From assembly GCA_963632645.1 (NCBI GenBank), contig CAVGVM010000053.1, forward strand, positions 1 through 27,139: a stretch of DNA of 27,139 bases. Direction: 5' to 3'. The position numbers were made by a program, and so were the translations under genes. Positions 1-8,792 of the stretch are shown here, piece after piece. The DNA comes from Lachnospiraceae bacterium. Lineage in GTDB: Bacteria > Bacillota_I > Bacilli_A > RF39 > UBA660. Position 1 is the stretch's first letter. Each line of letters begins with the position of its first letter. Below the pieces are notes generated by a model, which saw nothing but the letters and a program-made list of their open reading frames with translations, ran no database searches and was not told the origin of the DNA.

Positions 1-603
1 TCAAAATATGGAACATGTTCTGGTGGTAGTTGTGTAGAGATTGGAATAAATAATAACTCTAATTATTTGACTGGATGTGGTTCTACTGCTGGAAGTTCAT
101 CAAGTACTACATGTAATAGTTATAATACAAGTAATGGAATGCTAGCCTCTACAACTGGAAATATATATGGCGTGTACGATATGAGTGGTGGAGCAAATGA
201 TTATACTATGGGGAATGTGGTATATACTGATGCAAAATCATTTATTTCTGGATACGATGAATCTTATAATTCAGGATATAGTGGGCTTTTATATAATTCT
301 GGTAGTTTTTCATCGTATAGTGGTATTTCTTATCCTGATGCTAAATATTTTGATAAGTATAATTATGGTGTTAGTGAATTATCTAGGTCAAGGAGCAAAT
401 TGGGTGATGGTATAAAAGAATTTTATATTGAAAATGATTATGGTTGGTATGGCAATTTTTCTCGTGTTGCTAATTCTGGTTATTCTTGGTTTGTTAGATC
501 TGGTTATTATGGCGATGGTGATTATGCTGGTGTGTTTTTTTCATATGATGCTAATGGTCGTGTGTATGTACATTATTCCACTCGTCTTATAATATCTCCA
601 TAA
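1..603 (+). CDS. C-terminal part (5'-truncated by window) of a probable surface protein with an FGE-sulfatase/C-type-lectin-like domain
   Basis: Frame is open from base 1 (SKYGTCSGGSCVEIGINNNSNYLTGCG...), so the TTG at 67 is probably not the start. STTGNIYGVYDMSGG resembles the FGE-fold N.xGLYDMxGN motif. C-terminus WFVRSGYY..G..AGVF.......STR resembles the RGG...GFR terminal segment of CLec-fold proteins. Confidence 0.65.
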   Translation, partial: SKYGTCSGGSCVEIGINNNSNYLTGCGSTAGSSSSTTCNSYNTSNGMLASTTGNIYGVYDMSGGANDYTMGNVVYTDAKSFISGYDESYNSGYSGLLYNSGSFSSYSGISYPDAKYFDKYNYGVSELSRSRSKLGDGIKEFYIENDYGWYGNFSRVANSGYSWFVRSGYYGDGDYAGVFFSYDANGRVYVHYSTRLIISP

Positions 604-638
604 AAAAAGTTACTCTAGTAATTAAGAGTAATTTTTTT
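602..638. terminator. Probable bidirectional intrinsic terminator between convergent genes
   Basis: AAAAAAAGTTACTCT-agtaatta-AGAGTAATTTTTTT inverted repeat with A/T tails; overlaps the 3' end of the Crp gene. Confidence 0.6.
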
Positions 639-1250
639 GTTGTTTGTTTTAATTAGATTGTCTTCTTTGAGGTTTTTTAGTTCTCTTTGCATGGCACTTC
701 TGTCTATACCTAGATAATCTGCTAGATCGGTATATGTTAATGGTATTGTGAATGTTTTTGATAGTCTTTTTTTTGACATGATATCAAAGTATGCTAGGAG
801 TTTTTCTCTTATTGTTCTTTTTGCTAATATTTCTATTCTTTCGTTGGTGTTTACTATTTTTTCTGAGAGAATGTTTAGGGTGTTTTCTACTAGTTTACTA
901 TGATATTGACAGGCTTTTTTACATCTTTTTGTGATATGGTAATAGTCTATGAATAATATTTCTGTTTCTTCGTTTGCTTTTATACTTAGTTCATCTGTGT
1001 TATAACTTGAGAATACTTCACCGAATATATCGTTTTCTGTTAGGGTTTCTATGATTGTTCTGTTACCATTGTAATCGTTTCTTATTAGTTCTGCGGTTCC
1101 TTTTGTTATTATTCCTATGGTACTGGTGTTTCCTATGTAGTTCATGATTATTGAATCTTTTTTGAAGGTTCTTTTTTTTGCTTCGAAGCATTTTAACATT
1201 TTGTTAATATCTTCTTGGTTTATGTTTTGAAATATTTTTGTTTTTGTCAT
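615..1250 (-). CDS. Crp/Fnr family transcriptional regulator
   Basis: Cyclic-nucleotide-binding-like domain (GIITKG...DIFGEVF) and C-terminal HTH (TYTDLADYLGIDRSAMQRELKNL); AAGGAGG RBS upstream. Confidence 0.93.
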   Translation of the reverse strand: MTKTKIFQNINQEDINKMLKCFEAKKRTFKKDSIIMNYIGNTSTIGIITKGTAELIRNDYNGNRTIIETLTENDIFGEVFSSYNTDELSIKANEETEILFIDYYHITKRCKKACQYHSKLVENTLNILSEKIVNTNERIEILAKRTIREKLLAYFDIMSKKRLSKTFTIPLTYTDLADYLGIDRSAMQRELKNLKEDNLIKTNNKKITLNY

Positions 1251-1302
1251 TTTTTTCCTCCTTGTGTAAATTGTTTTGTTCTATTTTTATTATATTTTAT
1301 TT

Positions 1303-1320
1303 TTGTTGCAAATGCAACAA
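1303..1320. promoter_or_regulatory. Perfect palindrome, candidate operator of the adjacent Crp/Fnr regulator
   Basis: TTGTTGCA-AA-TGCAACAA in the divergent intergenic region between the regulator and nrdD; TGT-N10-ACA geometry is typical of Crp/Fnr-family sites. Confidence 0.7.
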
Positions 1321-1380
1321 TGTGTTTTTGTTTTTTGTGTTAGAATTAGGGTGTAATAAAACTAGAGAGGAGTAAATGAT

Positions 1381-3507
1381 ATGAAAGTAATTAAACGTGA
1401 TGGTCGTGCTGTAGATTTTGATAGAGAAAAGATTAAAATTGCTATTGCTAAGGCTAATCAAGATGTTAGTGAGGAGGAGAGAGTTAGTGATAGGCAAATT
1501 TTAAATATTATAAAGTATATTGAGGGGTTAAATAAGAAGAGAATTTTGGTTGAGGATATTCAAGATATTATTGAAAAGAAGCTTATGGATATAAAGAAGT
1601 TTGATCTTGCTAAGGCTTATATTATATATCGTTATAATAGGGCTCTTGTTAGGAAGAGTAATACTACTGATGAGTCTATTCTTAGTTTGATTAAGAATGA
1701 AAATAAGGAGCTTAATGAGGAGAATTCTAATAAGAATCCTACTGTGGCTTCTACTCAAAGGGATTATATTGCTGGAGAGGTTTCTCGTGATCTTACTAAG
1801 AGAATTCTTCTTCCTGAGAAGATTAGTAAGGCTCATGAGGAGGGTGTTTTTCATTTTCATGATGCTGATTATTTTGTTCAACCAATATTTAATTGTTGTC
1901 TTATAAATATAGGTGATATGCTTGATAATGGTACTGTTATGAATGGTAAGATGATTGAGACTCCTAAGAGTTTTCAAGTTGCTTGTACTGTTATGACACA
2001 AATTATTGCTGCGGTTGCTAGTAATCAATATGGTGGTCAGTCTGTTGATGTTAGTCATCTTGGTAAGTATTTGAGGTATAGTCGTGAAAAGTTTAGAAAG
2101 AAACTTGCCTCTAAGCATAAGGATAAGTTATCTAAGGAAGAAATAGATACTTTGGTTGATGAGAGATTAAGGGAGGAACTTGCTGCAGGGGTTCAAACTA
2201 TACAATATCAAATTAATACTTTAATGACTACTAATGGTCAAACTCCTTTTGTTACTTTGTTCTTGTATTTAAGAGAAGATGATCCTTATATTGAAGAGAA
2301 TGCTATGATTATTGAGGAAATTCTTAATCAAAGATTAAAGGGTATTAAGAATGAAAAGGGTGTTTATGTTACTCCGGCTTTTCCTAAACTTATTTATGTT
2401 TTAGATGAACATAATATTTTAAAGGGTGGTAAGTATGATTATTTAACTAAGCTTGCTGTTAAGTGTTCTGCTAAGAGAATGTATCCTGATTATATTTCTG
2501 CTAAGAAGATGAAGGAAAATTGTGAGGGTAATGTTTATAGTCCTATGGGATGTCGTAGTTTTCTTGCTCCTTGGAAGGATAAAGATGGTAATTATAAGTT
2601 TGAGGGTAGATTTAATCAAGGTGTTGTTAGTATTAATTTGCCACAAATTGGTATTTTGAGTGAGGGGGATGAGGATAAGTTTTTTGAAATTCTTGATGAA
2701 AGACTTGATCTTTGTTTTGAGGCTATTATGTGTCGTCATTATGCTCTTCTTGGAACTTATTCTGATACTAGTCCTATTCATTTTCAACATGGTGCTATTG
2801 CTAGACTTAAAAAGGGTGAAAAGATTGATAAGCTTTTAAAGAATGGTTATTCTTCTATTTCTCTTGGTTATATTGGTATTTATGAGACTACTAAACTTGT
2901 TAAGGGTGTTAGTCATACTGATCCTGTTGGTGAGGAGTTTGCTCTTAAGCTTATGAATAAACTTAGAAGTACTACTGATAAGTGGAAAGAGGAAACTGGT
3001 ATTGGTTTTGCTTTATATGGTACTCCAGCTGAGAGTTTGTGTTATAGATTTGCTCGTATTGATAAGGAAAGGTTTGGTACTATTAAGGATGTAACTGATA
3101 AAGGTTATTATACTAATTCTTATCATGTTGATGTTAGGGAAAAGATTGATGCATTTGATAAACTTGCTTTTGAGAGTAAGTTTCAAAAAATATCTAGTGG
3201 TGGTGCTATTAGTTATGTTGAGATTCCTAATATGAGACATAATTTGAAGGCTCTTGAGGAACTTGTTAAGTTTATATATGATAATATTCAATATGCTGAG
3301 TTTAATACTAAGAGTGATTATTGTCATGAATGTGGTTTTGATGGAGAGATAATAATTAATAAAGATTTGGAATGGGAATGTCCTAATTGTGGTAATAAGG
3401 ATAAAAACAAGATGAATGTTACTCGTAGAACTTGTGGTTATCTTGGTGAGAATTTTTGGAATGAAGGTAAAACTAAGGAAATTTCTCAAAGAGTTTTACA
3501 TTTGTAG
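1381..3507 (+). CDS. nrdD: Anaerobic (class III) ribonucleoside-triphosphate reductase
   Basis: N-terminal ATP cone (MKVIKRDGR..FD.EKI), MGCRSFL, TPAESLC, zinc-site CxxC...CxxC and glycyl-radical loop RRTCGYLG; GAGGAG RBS. Confidence 0.98.
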   Translation: MKVIKRDGRAVDFDREKIKIAIAKANQDVSEEERVSDRQILNIIKYIEGLNKKRILVEDIQDIIEKKLMDIKKFDLAKAYIIYRYNRALVRKSNTTDESILSLIKNENKELNEENSNKNPTVASTQRDYIAGEVSRDLTKRILLPEKISKAHEEGVFHFHDADYFVQPIFNCCLINIGDMLDNGTVMNGKMIETPKSFQVACTVMTQIIAAVASNQYGGQSVDVSHLGKYLRYSREKFRKKLASKHKDKLSKEEIDTLVDERLREELAAGVQTIQYQINTLMTTNGQTPFVTLFLYLREDDPYIEENAMIIEEILNQRLKGIKNEKGVYVTPAFPKLIYVLDEHNILKGGKYDYLTKLAVKCSAKRMYPDYISAKKMKENCEGNVYSPMGCRSFLAPWKDKDGNYKFEGRFNQGVVSINLPQIGILSEGDEDKFFEILDERLDLCFEAIMCRHYALLGTYSDTSPIHFQHGAIARLKKGEKIDKLLKNGYSSISLGYIGIYETTKLVKGVSHTDPVGEEFALKLMNKLRSTTDKWKEETGIGFALYGTPAESLCYRFARIDKERFGTIKDVTDKGYYTNSYHVDVREKIDAFDKLAFESKFQKISSGGAISYVEIPNMRHNLKALEELVKFIYDNIQYAEFNTKSDYCHECGFDGEIIINKDLEWECPNCGNKDKNKMNVTRRTCGYLGENFWNEGKTKEISQRVLHL

Positions 3508-3515
3508 GTGATATT

Positions 3516-4058
3516 ATGAAGTATGCGACTATAAAGAAATATGATGTTGCTAATGGACCTGGTGTTAGGGTTTCTATATTTGTTAGTGGTTGTAATCATC
3601 ATTGTAAGGGTTGTTTTAATGAAGAGGCTTGGGATTTTAATTATGGAACTGAGTTTACGGATGAGACTATTTCTACTATTATAGATGCTATGAAACCTGA
3701 TTATATTAGTGGTCTTTCAATTTTAGGAGGTGAGCCTTTTGAACATGTTAATCAAGTTGGATTATTAAGGCTTGTTAAATGTGTTAAGGAGGTGTATCCT
3801 TATAAAGATATATGGGCTTATTCTGGATTTTTATTTGATCGTGATATAGTTGGTAAGCAATCTAAGATTTTTCCTGAGACTAGTGAACTTCTTAAATATA
3901 TTGATGTGTTAGTTGATGGTAAGTTTGTTGAAGATAAGAAGAATCCTAATTTGTATTTTAGGGGTTCTTCTAATCAAAGAATTATTGATGTTAAGGAAAG
4001 TTTAGAATTTGGTGAGGTTAGTGAAATTATTATGGAAAAGGAGAAAGTTTTATGTTAG
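3516..4058 (+). CDS. nrdG: Anaerobic RNR activating protein (radical SAM)
   Basis: NGPGVRVSIFVSGCNHHCKGCFN (CxxxCxxC), GGEPF, FRGSSNQRII; directly follows nrdD. Confidence 0.97.
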   Translation: MKYATIKKYDVANGPGVRVSIFVSGCNHHCKGCFNEEAWDFNYGTEFTDETISTIIDAMKPDYISGLSILGGEPFEHVNQVGLLRLVKCVKEVYPYKDIWAYSGFLFDRDIVGKQSKIFPETSELLKYIDVLVDGKFVEDKKNPNLYFRGSSNQRIIDVKESLEFGEVSEIIMEKEKVLC

Positions 4059-4498
4059 AAGGTAAAGTAAATATTAAGAAATTGGATAAAAGAGCTAAGA
4101 TTCCTACTTATGGTACAGAGTTTTCTGGTGGAGCTGATTTATATGCTGTTTTAGATGAAGATGTTGTTATAAAGTCTGGTTGTACAGTTTTTGTTAAAAC
4201 TGGTCTTGCTATGGAGATACCTTATGGTTATGTTGGACTTATATATGCTAGAAGTGGTCTTGCTTGTAAGAAAGGGCTTGCTCCTGCTAATAAGGTTGGG
4301 GTTGTTGATGCGGATTATCGTGGTGAAGTAATGGTTGCACTTCATAATCATTCTTTGGAAGATATTACTATTGGTAATGGTGAGAGAATTGCTCAACTTG
4401 TTATAACTCCATATTTTAGAGCAGATTTTGAGGTTGTTACAGAACTTGAGGGCACAGTTCGTGGTACTGGAGGATTTGGTTCTACTGGGGTGAAGTAA
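4052..4498 (+). CDS. dut: dUTP diphosphatase (trimeric dUTPase)
   Basis: Motifs GADL, ARSGLA, GVVDADYRGE, RIAQLV, RGTGGFGSTG. Confidence 0.97.
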   Translation: MLEGKVNIKKLDKRAKIPTYGTEFSGGADLYAVLDEDVVIKSGCTVFVKTGLAMEIPYGYVGLIYARSGLACKKGLAPANKVGVVDADYRGEVMVALHNHSLEDITIGNGERIAQLVITPYFRADFEVVTELEGTVRGTGGFGSTGVK

Positions 4499-4905
4499 TG
4501 ATTTTTCGTAAGATGAAAGTCTCTGAGATAGATGTTGTTAGAAAGATATATTTTGAGTCTTTTGAAACTAGGGTGGTTGGTAGTTTAGAGTATACTGCTG
4601 ATAATATATATGTTGTTGTTAATGATGATGATATTGTTGGTATGTGTATGGTTAATTATATTGATCATATTTTTTCAGGAGTTCGTACTTTATATCTTAA
4701 TGATGTTTGTGTTGCTAAGGATTTTAGGAGACATGGTGTTGCTACTTTTATGCTTGATGAGGTTACTAAAATGGCTATTAGTAATGGGGTTAATTATATT
4801 ATGCTTACTTCTAGCAAGAAGAGAAGTGGTGCGATTGGTTTATATAATAAAAGTGGTTTTTATAGATATGATACTAATGTTTTTAGAAAAGAGTTAGGTA
4901 AGTAA
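4498..4905 (+). CDS. GNAT family N-acetyltransferase
   Basis: Acetyl-CoA motif A (VCVAKDFRRHGVAT) and motif B (AIGLYNKSGF); start overlaps the dut stop (TAATG). Confidence 0.9.
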   Translation: MIFRKMKVSEIDVVRKIYFESFETRVVGSLEYTADNIYVVVNDDDIVGMCMVNYIDHIFSGVRTLYLNDVCVAKDFRRHGVATFMLDEVTKMAISNGVNYIMLTSSKKRSGAIGLYNKSGFYRYDTNVFRKELGK

Positions 4906-4906
4906 T

Positions 4907-5329
4907 ATGGATTTTTATGATAAGCTTATTAATGTTAGAGGACTTGATATTTCTTCACAGATTGAAAAGTCTTTGGAGTATGCTAGTGATTATTATGAGA
5001 ATTTGACTCATGATAGGACTTGCTTTATTTATACTAGTCTTGTGTATGATAAACTTAAGTCTTTAGGGGTTAGTTCTTGTCTTGTTAATACTAATGATTT
5101 AGGTTTAGATTATTTACATTATTTTGTGCTTGTTCCTTATGGTAAAGATAAATATTATTTGGTTGATCCTACTTATTCTCAGTTTGGTTTTTCAGATAAT
5201 ACTATTTATGATTTGCTTGAAAATGGTTATGTTTCTTTGAATGATGATATATGGAATAAGTATATGAGTAGTATTTTTAAGAATTGTGATATTACTATTG
5301 ATGAGACTTTTAATCATATAAAAAAATGA
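4907..5329 (+). CDS. Hypothetical protein with a possible transglutaminase/papain-like Cys-His-Asp triad
   Basis: 140-aa ORF starting 1 bp after the GNAT stop; ordered motifs RTCFIYT, LHYFVLV, YYLVDPTY. Confidence 0.6.
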   Translation: MDFYDKLINVRGLDISSQIEKSLEYASDYYENLTHDRTCFIYTSLVYDKLKSLGVSSCLVNTNDLGLDYLHYFVLVPYGKDKYYLVDPTYSQFGFSDNTIYDLLENGYVSLNDDIWNKYMSSIFKNCDITIDETFNHIKK

Positions 5330-5393
5330 GTTTTTTGGGTTAAACTTTGTTTCTTTTAGGGAATTTGTTTAATTCATTTTAACTCATTTTTTT
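5320..5393. terminator. Long imperfect hairpin / bidirectional terminator between convergent genes
   Basis: Outer arms AAAAAAATGAGTT ... AACTCATTTTTTT; inner arms GGGTTAAAC ... GTTTAATTC pair using G-U. Confidence 0.5.
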
Positions 5394-5394
5394 G

Positions 5395-6501
5395 TTATTT
5401 TATTCTTGGTTTTAGTTCGTTGTTTGCATATTTTTGAATGGCTAGATGAAATACTTTTCTACTTATGGGGATGCTTTTTTCTTTTAGTGTTTCTAATATT
5501 GCTAGTTTTTCTTGTGGTGTTATTTCTGTTCCTGTGTTTTCTATGTATCTTCCTTCTTCATCTATTTCTGGTTTAACTATTACTTTTTCGTTTATGAGAA
5601 ATTTTATATCACGAGATGTACATTCTTTTGCAAGTTTGTTTTTTGATATAAATACTTCTAGGAGTCTGTATTCTTTTTGTGTTATTTTATTTTGTTTTAA
5701 TAATTTTTGTGCTAGTTCTTGGAATTCTGCAAGATTGGTAGTTGTTATTAGGTAATAGTCTAATAGATTGAAGTTGTTGTTGTCATTTTTTAGAGTTTCT
5801 ATTATTAATGGTATGTTTGCTAGGAGTTTTTCTTTTTCTTTATCTTTTAGGTGTTCTATTTTGTTTATGAACATGCTGTAGGTTACTCCGTCCATTTCTT
5901 TTACTGTTTTTAAGTATGATTCAAATTCTTTACTAGTGATGTCATGGGCTTCACAGAAATCTTCTTTTGAAATATCTTGGTTTATTGAGAATGATAGAAT
6001 TATTCTGTGGGCTGTTTTTAGTTCTTGTTCTTGTGGTGTTTGATTGGTTTGTGTTTTGTTATTTTCTTTATATTGTTTATATAAGTTTATTTTATTTTTT
6101 AAATCATTTATTATTTGTTCTTTTTCTTTTTTTCTATAGGTTGCAGCATATATATTTATTTTTGATTTTAAATAGGTTGTTTCTAGTTTACTATTTGATA
6201 TGATGTTAATTATTTCTTTTTCATTGTTGGTATCACTTAGTTTTTCTAGGGTTGTGAATGTTGCATTTGTTATATCGTTAATTCCGTTTAATCTTTTTCT
6301 AGATATTGTTAGTGTTTCATAGAATTCTTGTGGTGTTATGTGTAGTTTTTTTGTTGCGTAGGTCATTGCACATTTTCTTATGGTTTGGACATCTAGATCT
6401 GGGGTGCTTAGATTTGCTAGGGTGTTAGTATTCCAACTTGCGTTTTCCCAGTACTCATAGTAATATTTGTATATTTCATAATTAATATTTTCTTTTTTCA
6501 T
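5395..6501 (-). CDS. Hypothetical soluble protein (368 aa)
   Basis: Long ORF with AAAGGA upstream and minus-strand-type codon usage; no family motif recognised. Confidence 0.8.
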   Translation of the reverse strand: MKKENINYEIYKYYYEYWENASWNTNTLANLSTPDLDVQTIRKCAMTYATKKLHITPQEFYETLTISRKRLNGINDITNATFTTLEKLSDTNNEKEIINIISNSKLETTYLKSKINIYAATYRKKEKEQIINDLKNKINLYKQYKENNKTQTNQTPQEQELKTAHRIILSFSINQDISKEDFCEAHDITSKEFESYLKTVKEMDGVTYSMFINKIEHLKDKEKEKLLANIPLIIETLKNDNNNFNLLDYYLITTTNLAEFQELAQKLLKQNKITQKEYRLLEVFISKNKLAKECTSRDIKFLINEKVIVKPEIDEEGRYIENTGTEITPQEKLAILETLKEKSIPISRKVFHLAIQKYANNELKPRIK

Positions 6502-6578
6502 AAAACTGATTATTCCTTTCGTTTTATTTAAGTATTGGTGTTTTAGTATGTATTTTTTTATGGATTATTTTTGAATTT

Positions 6579-6601
6579 AAAAAATGAGGGTTACTCATTT
6601 T
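6579..6601 (-). terminator. Probable terminator after def
   Basis: AAAAAATGAG-ggtta-CTCATTTT; U-tract follows the stem on the minus strand. Confidence 0.45.
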
Positions 6602-7151
6602 ATATTGGTCTATATCTGTCTTCATATTTGTATGGGTCTTTTTTATCTATTTTGTCAGTAAATAATATTCCATTTAAGTGGTCTAGTTCGTGTTGAAAGG
6701 CTACTGCTAGTTCTTCTCTTCCTCTTAGTTTTATTTTGTTTCCTTCCATATCGTAACCTTCTAGGGTTACTCTTGCGTGTCTAGGTACTATTCCTTCGAC
6801 GTCTCTATTTACACTTAAACAGCCTTCGCCTTCTTCGACGTATATCATTTCTTCAGATGTTGAAACTATTTTGGGATTAATTATTATGTAGTTTTTGAAT
6901 GTTTCTTTTTTTTCTTGTTCGTGGACTACTACGAAATATCTTTTGTCTATTCCTAATTGAATTGCAGCCATACCCATTCCTGGTCTTAAGTCATATTTTT
7001 TAGCTAGTTTTTCTATTTGGCTATTTGTTAGGTATTCAATTATTAATTCTATTGTTTTTTTATCTTCTTCTTCTAGTGGAAAGGTTACTTCTTTACTTAT
7101 TTTACGAAGTCTTTTATCTTTTTCATCTAGAATATCTTTATTTTTTAACAT
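6600..7151 (-). CDS. def: Peptide deformylase
   Basis: Three PDF motifs: GMGMAAIQLG, EGCLS, QHELDHLNG; GAGGTG RBS. Confidence 0.97.
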   Translation of the reverse strand: MLKNKDILDEKDKRLRKISKEVTFPLEEEDKKTIELIIEYLTNSQIEKLAKKYDLRPGMGMAAIQLGIDKRYFVVVHEQEKKETFKNYIIINPKIVSTSEEMIYVEEGEGCLSVNRDVEGIVPRHARVTLEGYDMEGNKIKLRGREELAVAFQHELDHLNGILFTDKIDKKDPYKYEDRYRPI

Positions 7152-7174
7152 ACTATCACCTCAAAGACAAGTGT

Positions 7175-7183
7175 ATTATAACA
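7175..7183 (-). promoter_or_regulatory. Extended -10 sigma-A promoter element for def
   Basis: TGTTATAAT (TGn-TATAAT) on the minus strand about 24 nt upstream of the start codon. Confidence 0.5.
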
Positions 7184-7220
7184 TAGTTTTTTAGAAAAGG
7201 AAAGAAAAATGTTTTTTGAT

Positions 7221-8525
7221 TTAATTTCTTTTTTCTCTTTTTATTAGTTTTGCGTGAAGGACTACTTTTTCTTTTTTGTCCCAGCAGGTTGATAGGGTTA
7301 GTATGTTATCGTTGGTGTTTACGTCTGTATCGAAGTTGTGATAACTTCTTTTTATTAGTTTTTGTGTAAAGTTATTCCACTCTGTGTCTGTTTTGAAGTT
7401 TATTTTTAGGTAATCGTTTGTTGTTGGTATATGGTAGACACTGAAGACTTGCCACATTGTGTTTTCATATTCTGTTGATAGTCTAATTACATAGTTTTGT
7501 TTGTTATCTAGCCAGCCACTTGATACGATGTTTTTTAATGATCCAAACATTGTTTTATCATACATTCCATGAGCATATAATATGGTGTTTTTACTTTCTA
7601 TTGCTGTGTTATTTCTATAATCTAGAAATACCCATCCTCCGATGTTTTCACTTTTGTCGAAGGAATGGTTTAAGTAGTAGTCGTTGTTGGTTGTTTGTAC
7701 AAATGGGTAGTTTATGTTAGTTCCTTTTACTTGAATCCATCCAACTGTATCGGGGTTTTGTTTTTTTAGTTTAGTGAAATCAACATTTATTAGTTTCATT
7801 TTTATGAAGTCCCAGTAGGGATTTTTTTTATTTATTTTTTTTTGTTTTATTATTTCAGTGTTGGTGTTATCTGCTATTTCAGTTATTTCTGTTTCTATGT
7901 TTTGATTTTTGTTTTTATGGGAGTCTATGGTCCATAGTATTACTTTTGTTAGGGATGCTATGAATATTAGAATTAAAATTATTAGAATTATTATCATTGT
8001 TTTTTGTTTTTTCTTTTTTTTGTTTTTTTGTTTTTGTTTTGTGTTATTTGAACTGTTTATTTTATTTTGAGTGGTTGTTTCGTTGTTTTTTGTGGTTTCA
8101 TTTATTTGTTTATTTTGTGGTTCATTTGTGATTTCAGTTTTTTCTTCTTTTGTTAGTTCCTTTTGTGTTTCTACGTTTTTTGATGTTTCTTCTTTGGTGT
8201 TTACTGTGTTTTCTTGGTTGTTTTCAACATTTTTAATGTTTTCTTCTTGAATTTGTTTATCTTCGTTAATTGATGAGTTTTTTTTGATTGGTGTTTCTTG
8301 GGTTTGTTCTGTTAATTCTGTTTGTTCTGCACTTTTTGATGAAGTGTTTTCATTTTTGATATTAATATTATTTTTTTCTATTAGTTTTTTTATTTTATTT
8401 ATTTTTTCACTATTACGGTTTACTTCTGTTATTGTTTTGGTGTTGTTATTGGTTTTATTATTTTCTGTTGTGTTTTGTGTTTTTGTTATTTCTTTTTGTG
8501 ATTTTTGTGGTATTTCTTTTTTCAT
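7221..8525 (-). CDS. srtB: Class B sortase with long low-complexity N-terminal extension
   Basis: One TM helix after a K-rich patch, then NPDTVGWIQVKGTNINYP, NDYYLNHSF, GWVFLDYRN, ILYAH, WQVFSVY and TLSTC, all typical of sortase B. Confidence 0.88.
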   Translation of the reverse strand: MKKEIPQKSQKEITKTQNTTENNKTNNNTKTITEVNRNSEKINKIKKLIEKNNINIKNENTSSKSAEQTELTEQTQETPIKKNSSINEDKQIQEENIKNVENNQENTVNTKEETSKNVETQKELTKEEKTEITNEPQNKQINETTKNNETTTQNKINSSNNTKQKQKNKKKKKQKTMIIILIILILIFIASLTKVILWTIDSHKNKNQNIETEITEIADNTNTEIIKQKKINKKNPYWDFIKMKLINVDFTKLKKQNPDTVGWIQVKGTNINYPFVQTTNNDYYLNHSFDKSENIGGWVFLDYRNNTAIESKNTILYAHGMYDKTMFGSLKNIVSSGWLDNKQNYVIRLSTEYENTMWQVFSVYHIPTTNDYLKINFKTDTEWNNFTQKLIKRSYHNFDTDVNTNDNILTLSTCWDKKEKVVLHAKLIKREKRN

Positions 8526-8604
8526 AGTGTTTGGACTCCTTTTTATTTTCTATTTATATAATAACATATATGTTTATAATTTTTAATAGTTTTTTTGAAA
8601 TAGA

Positions 8605-8624
8605 AAAAGAGATTGCTCTCTTTT
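8605..8624 (-). terminator. Terminator after the YjcZ-family gene
   Basis: AAAAGAGA-ttgc-TCTCTTTT immediately downstream of the stop at 8628. Confidence 0.55.
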
Positions 8625-8627
8625 ATG

Positions 8628-8792
8628 TTATGCCCAATTTCTGGCACCGATTATGATTATTAGTAAGATAAATAGTACTAGGATTATGGCATATCCGTTA
8701 GAGTAGTTTCCGCCATAGTAACTACCGTAATTCATTGGGGTGTTACAGCCACAGGTTCCACCGTAGCCATAGGAATTTCCGTAATAATACAT
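8628..8792 (-). CDS. YjcZ/SscA family small sporulation protein (54 aa; absent from ORF track)
   Basis: Manual translation MYYYGNSYGYGGTCGCNTPMNYGSYYGGNYSNGYAIILVLFILLIIIIGARNWA; G/Y-rich N-terminus plus the family VLFILLII(I/V)G hydrophobic motif; AAGGAGG RBS 6 nt upstream. Confidence 0.9.
   Translation of the reverse strand: MYYYGNSYGYGGTCGCNTPMNYGSYYGGNYSNGYAIILVLFILLIIIIGARNWA

Noticed and set aside
1314..1330. Possible NrdR box (ACAATGTGTTT)
   Set aside because: Several mismatches to the NrdR consensus and no tandem second box.
7990..8520. T/G-rich low-complexity tract resembling a tandem repeat
   Set aside because: No fixed repeat unit; it is the antisense of the N/T/K/E-rich sortase N-terminus.
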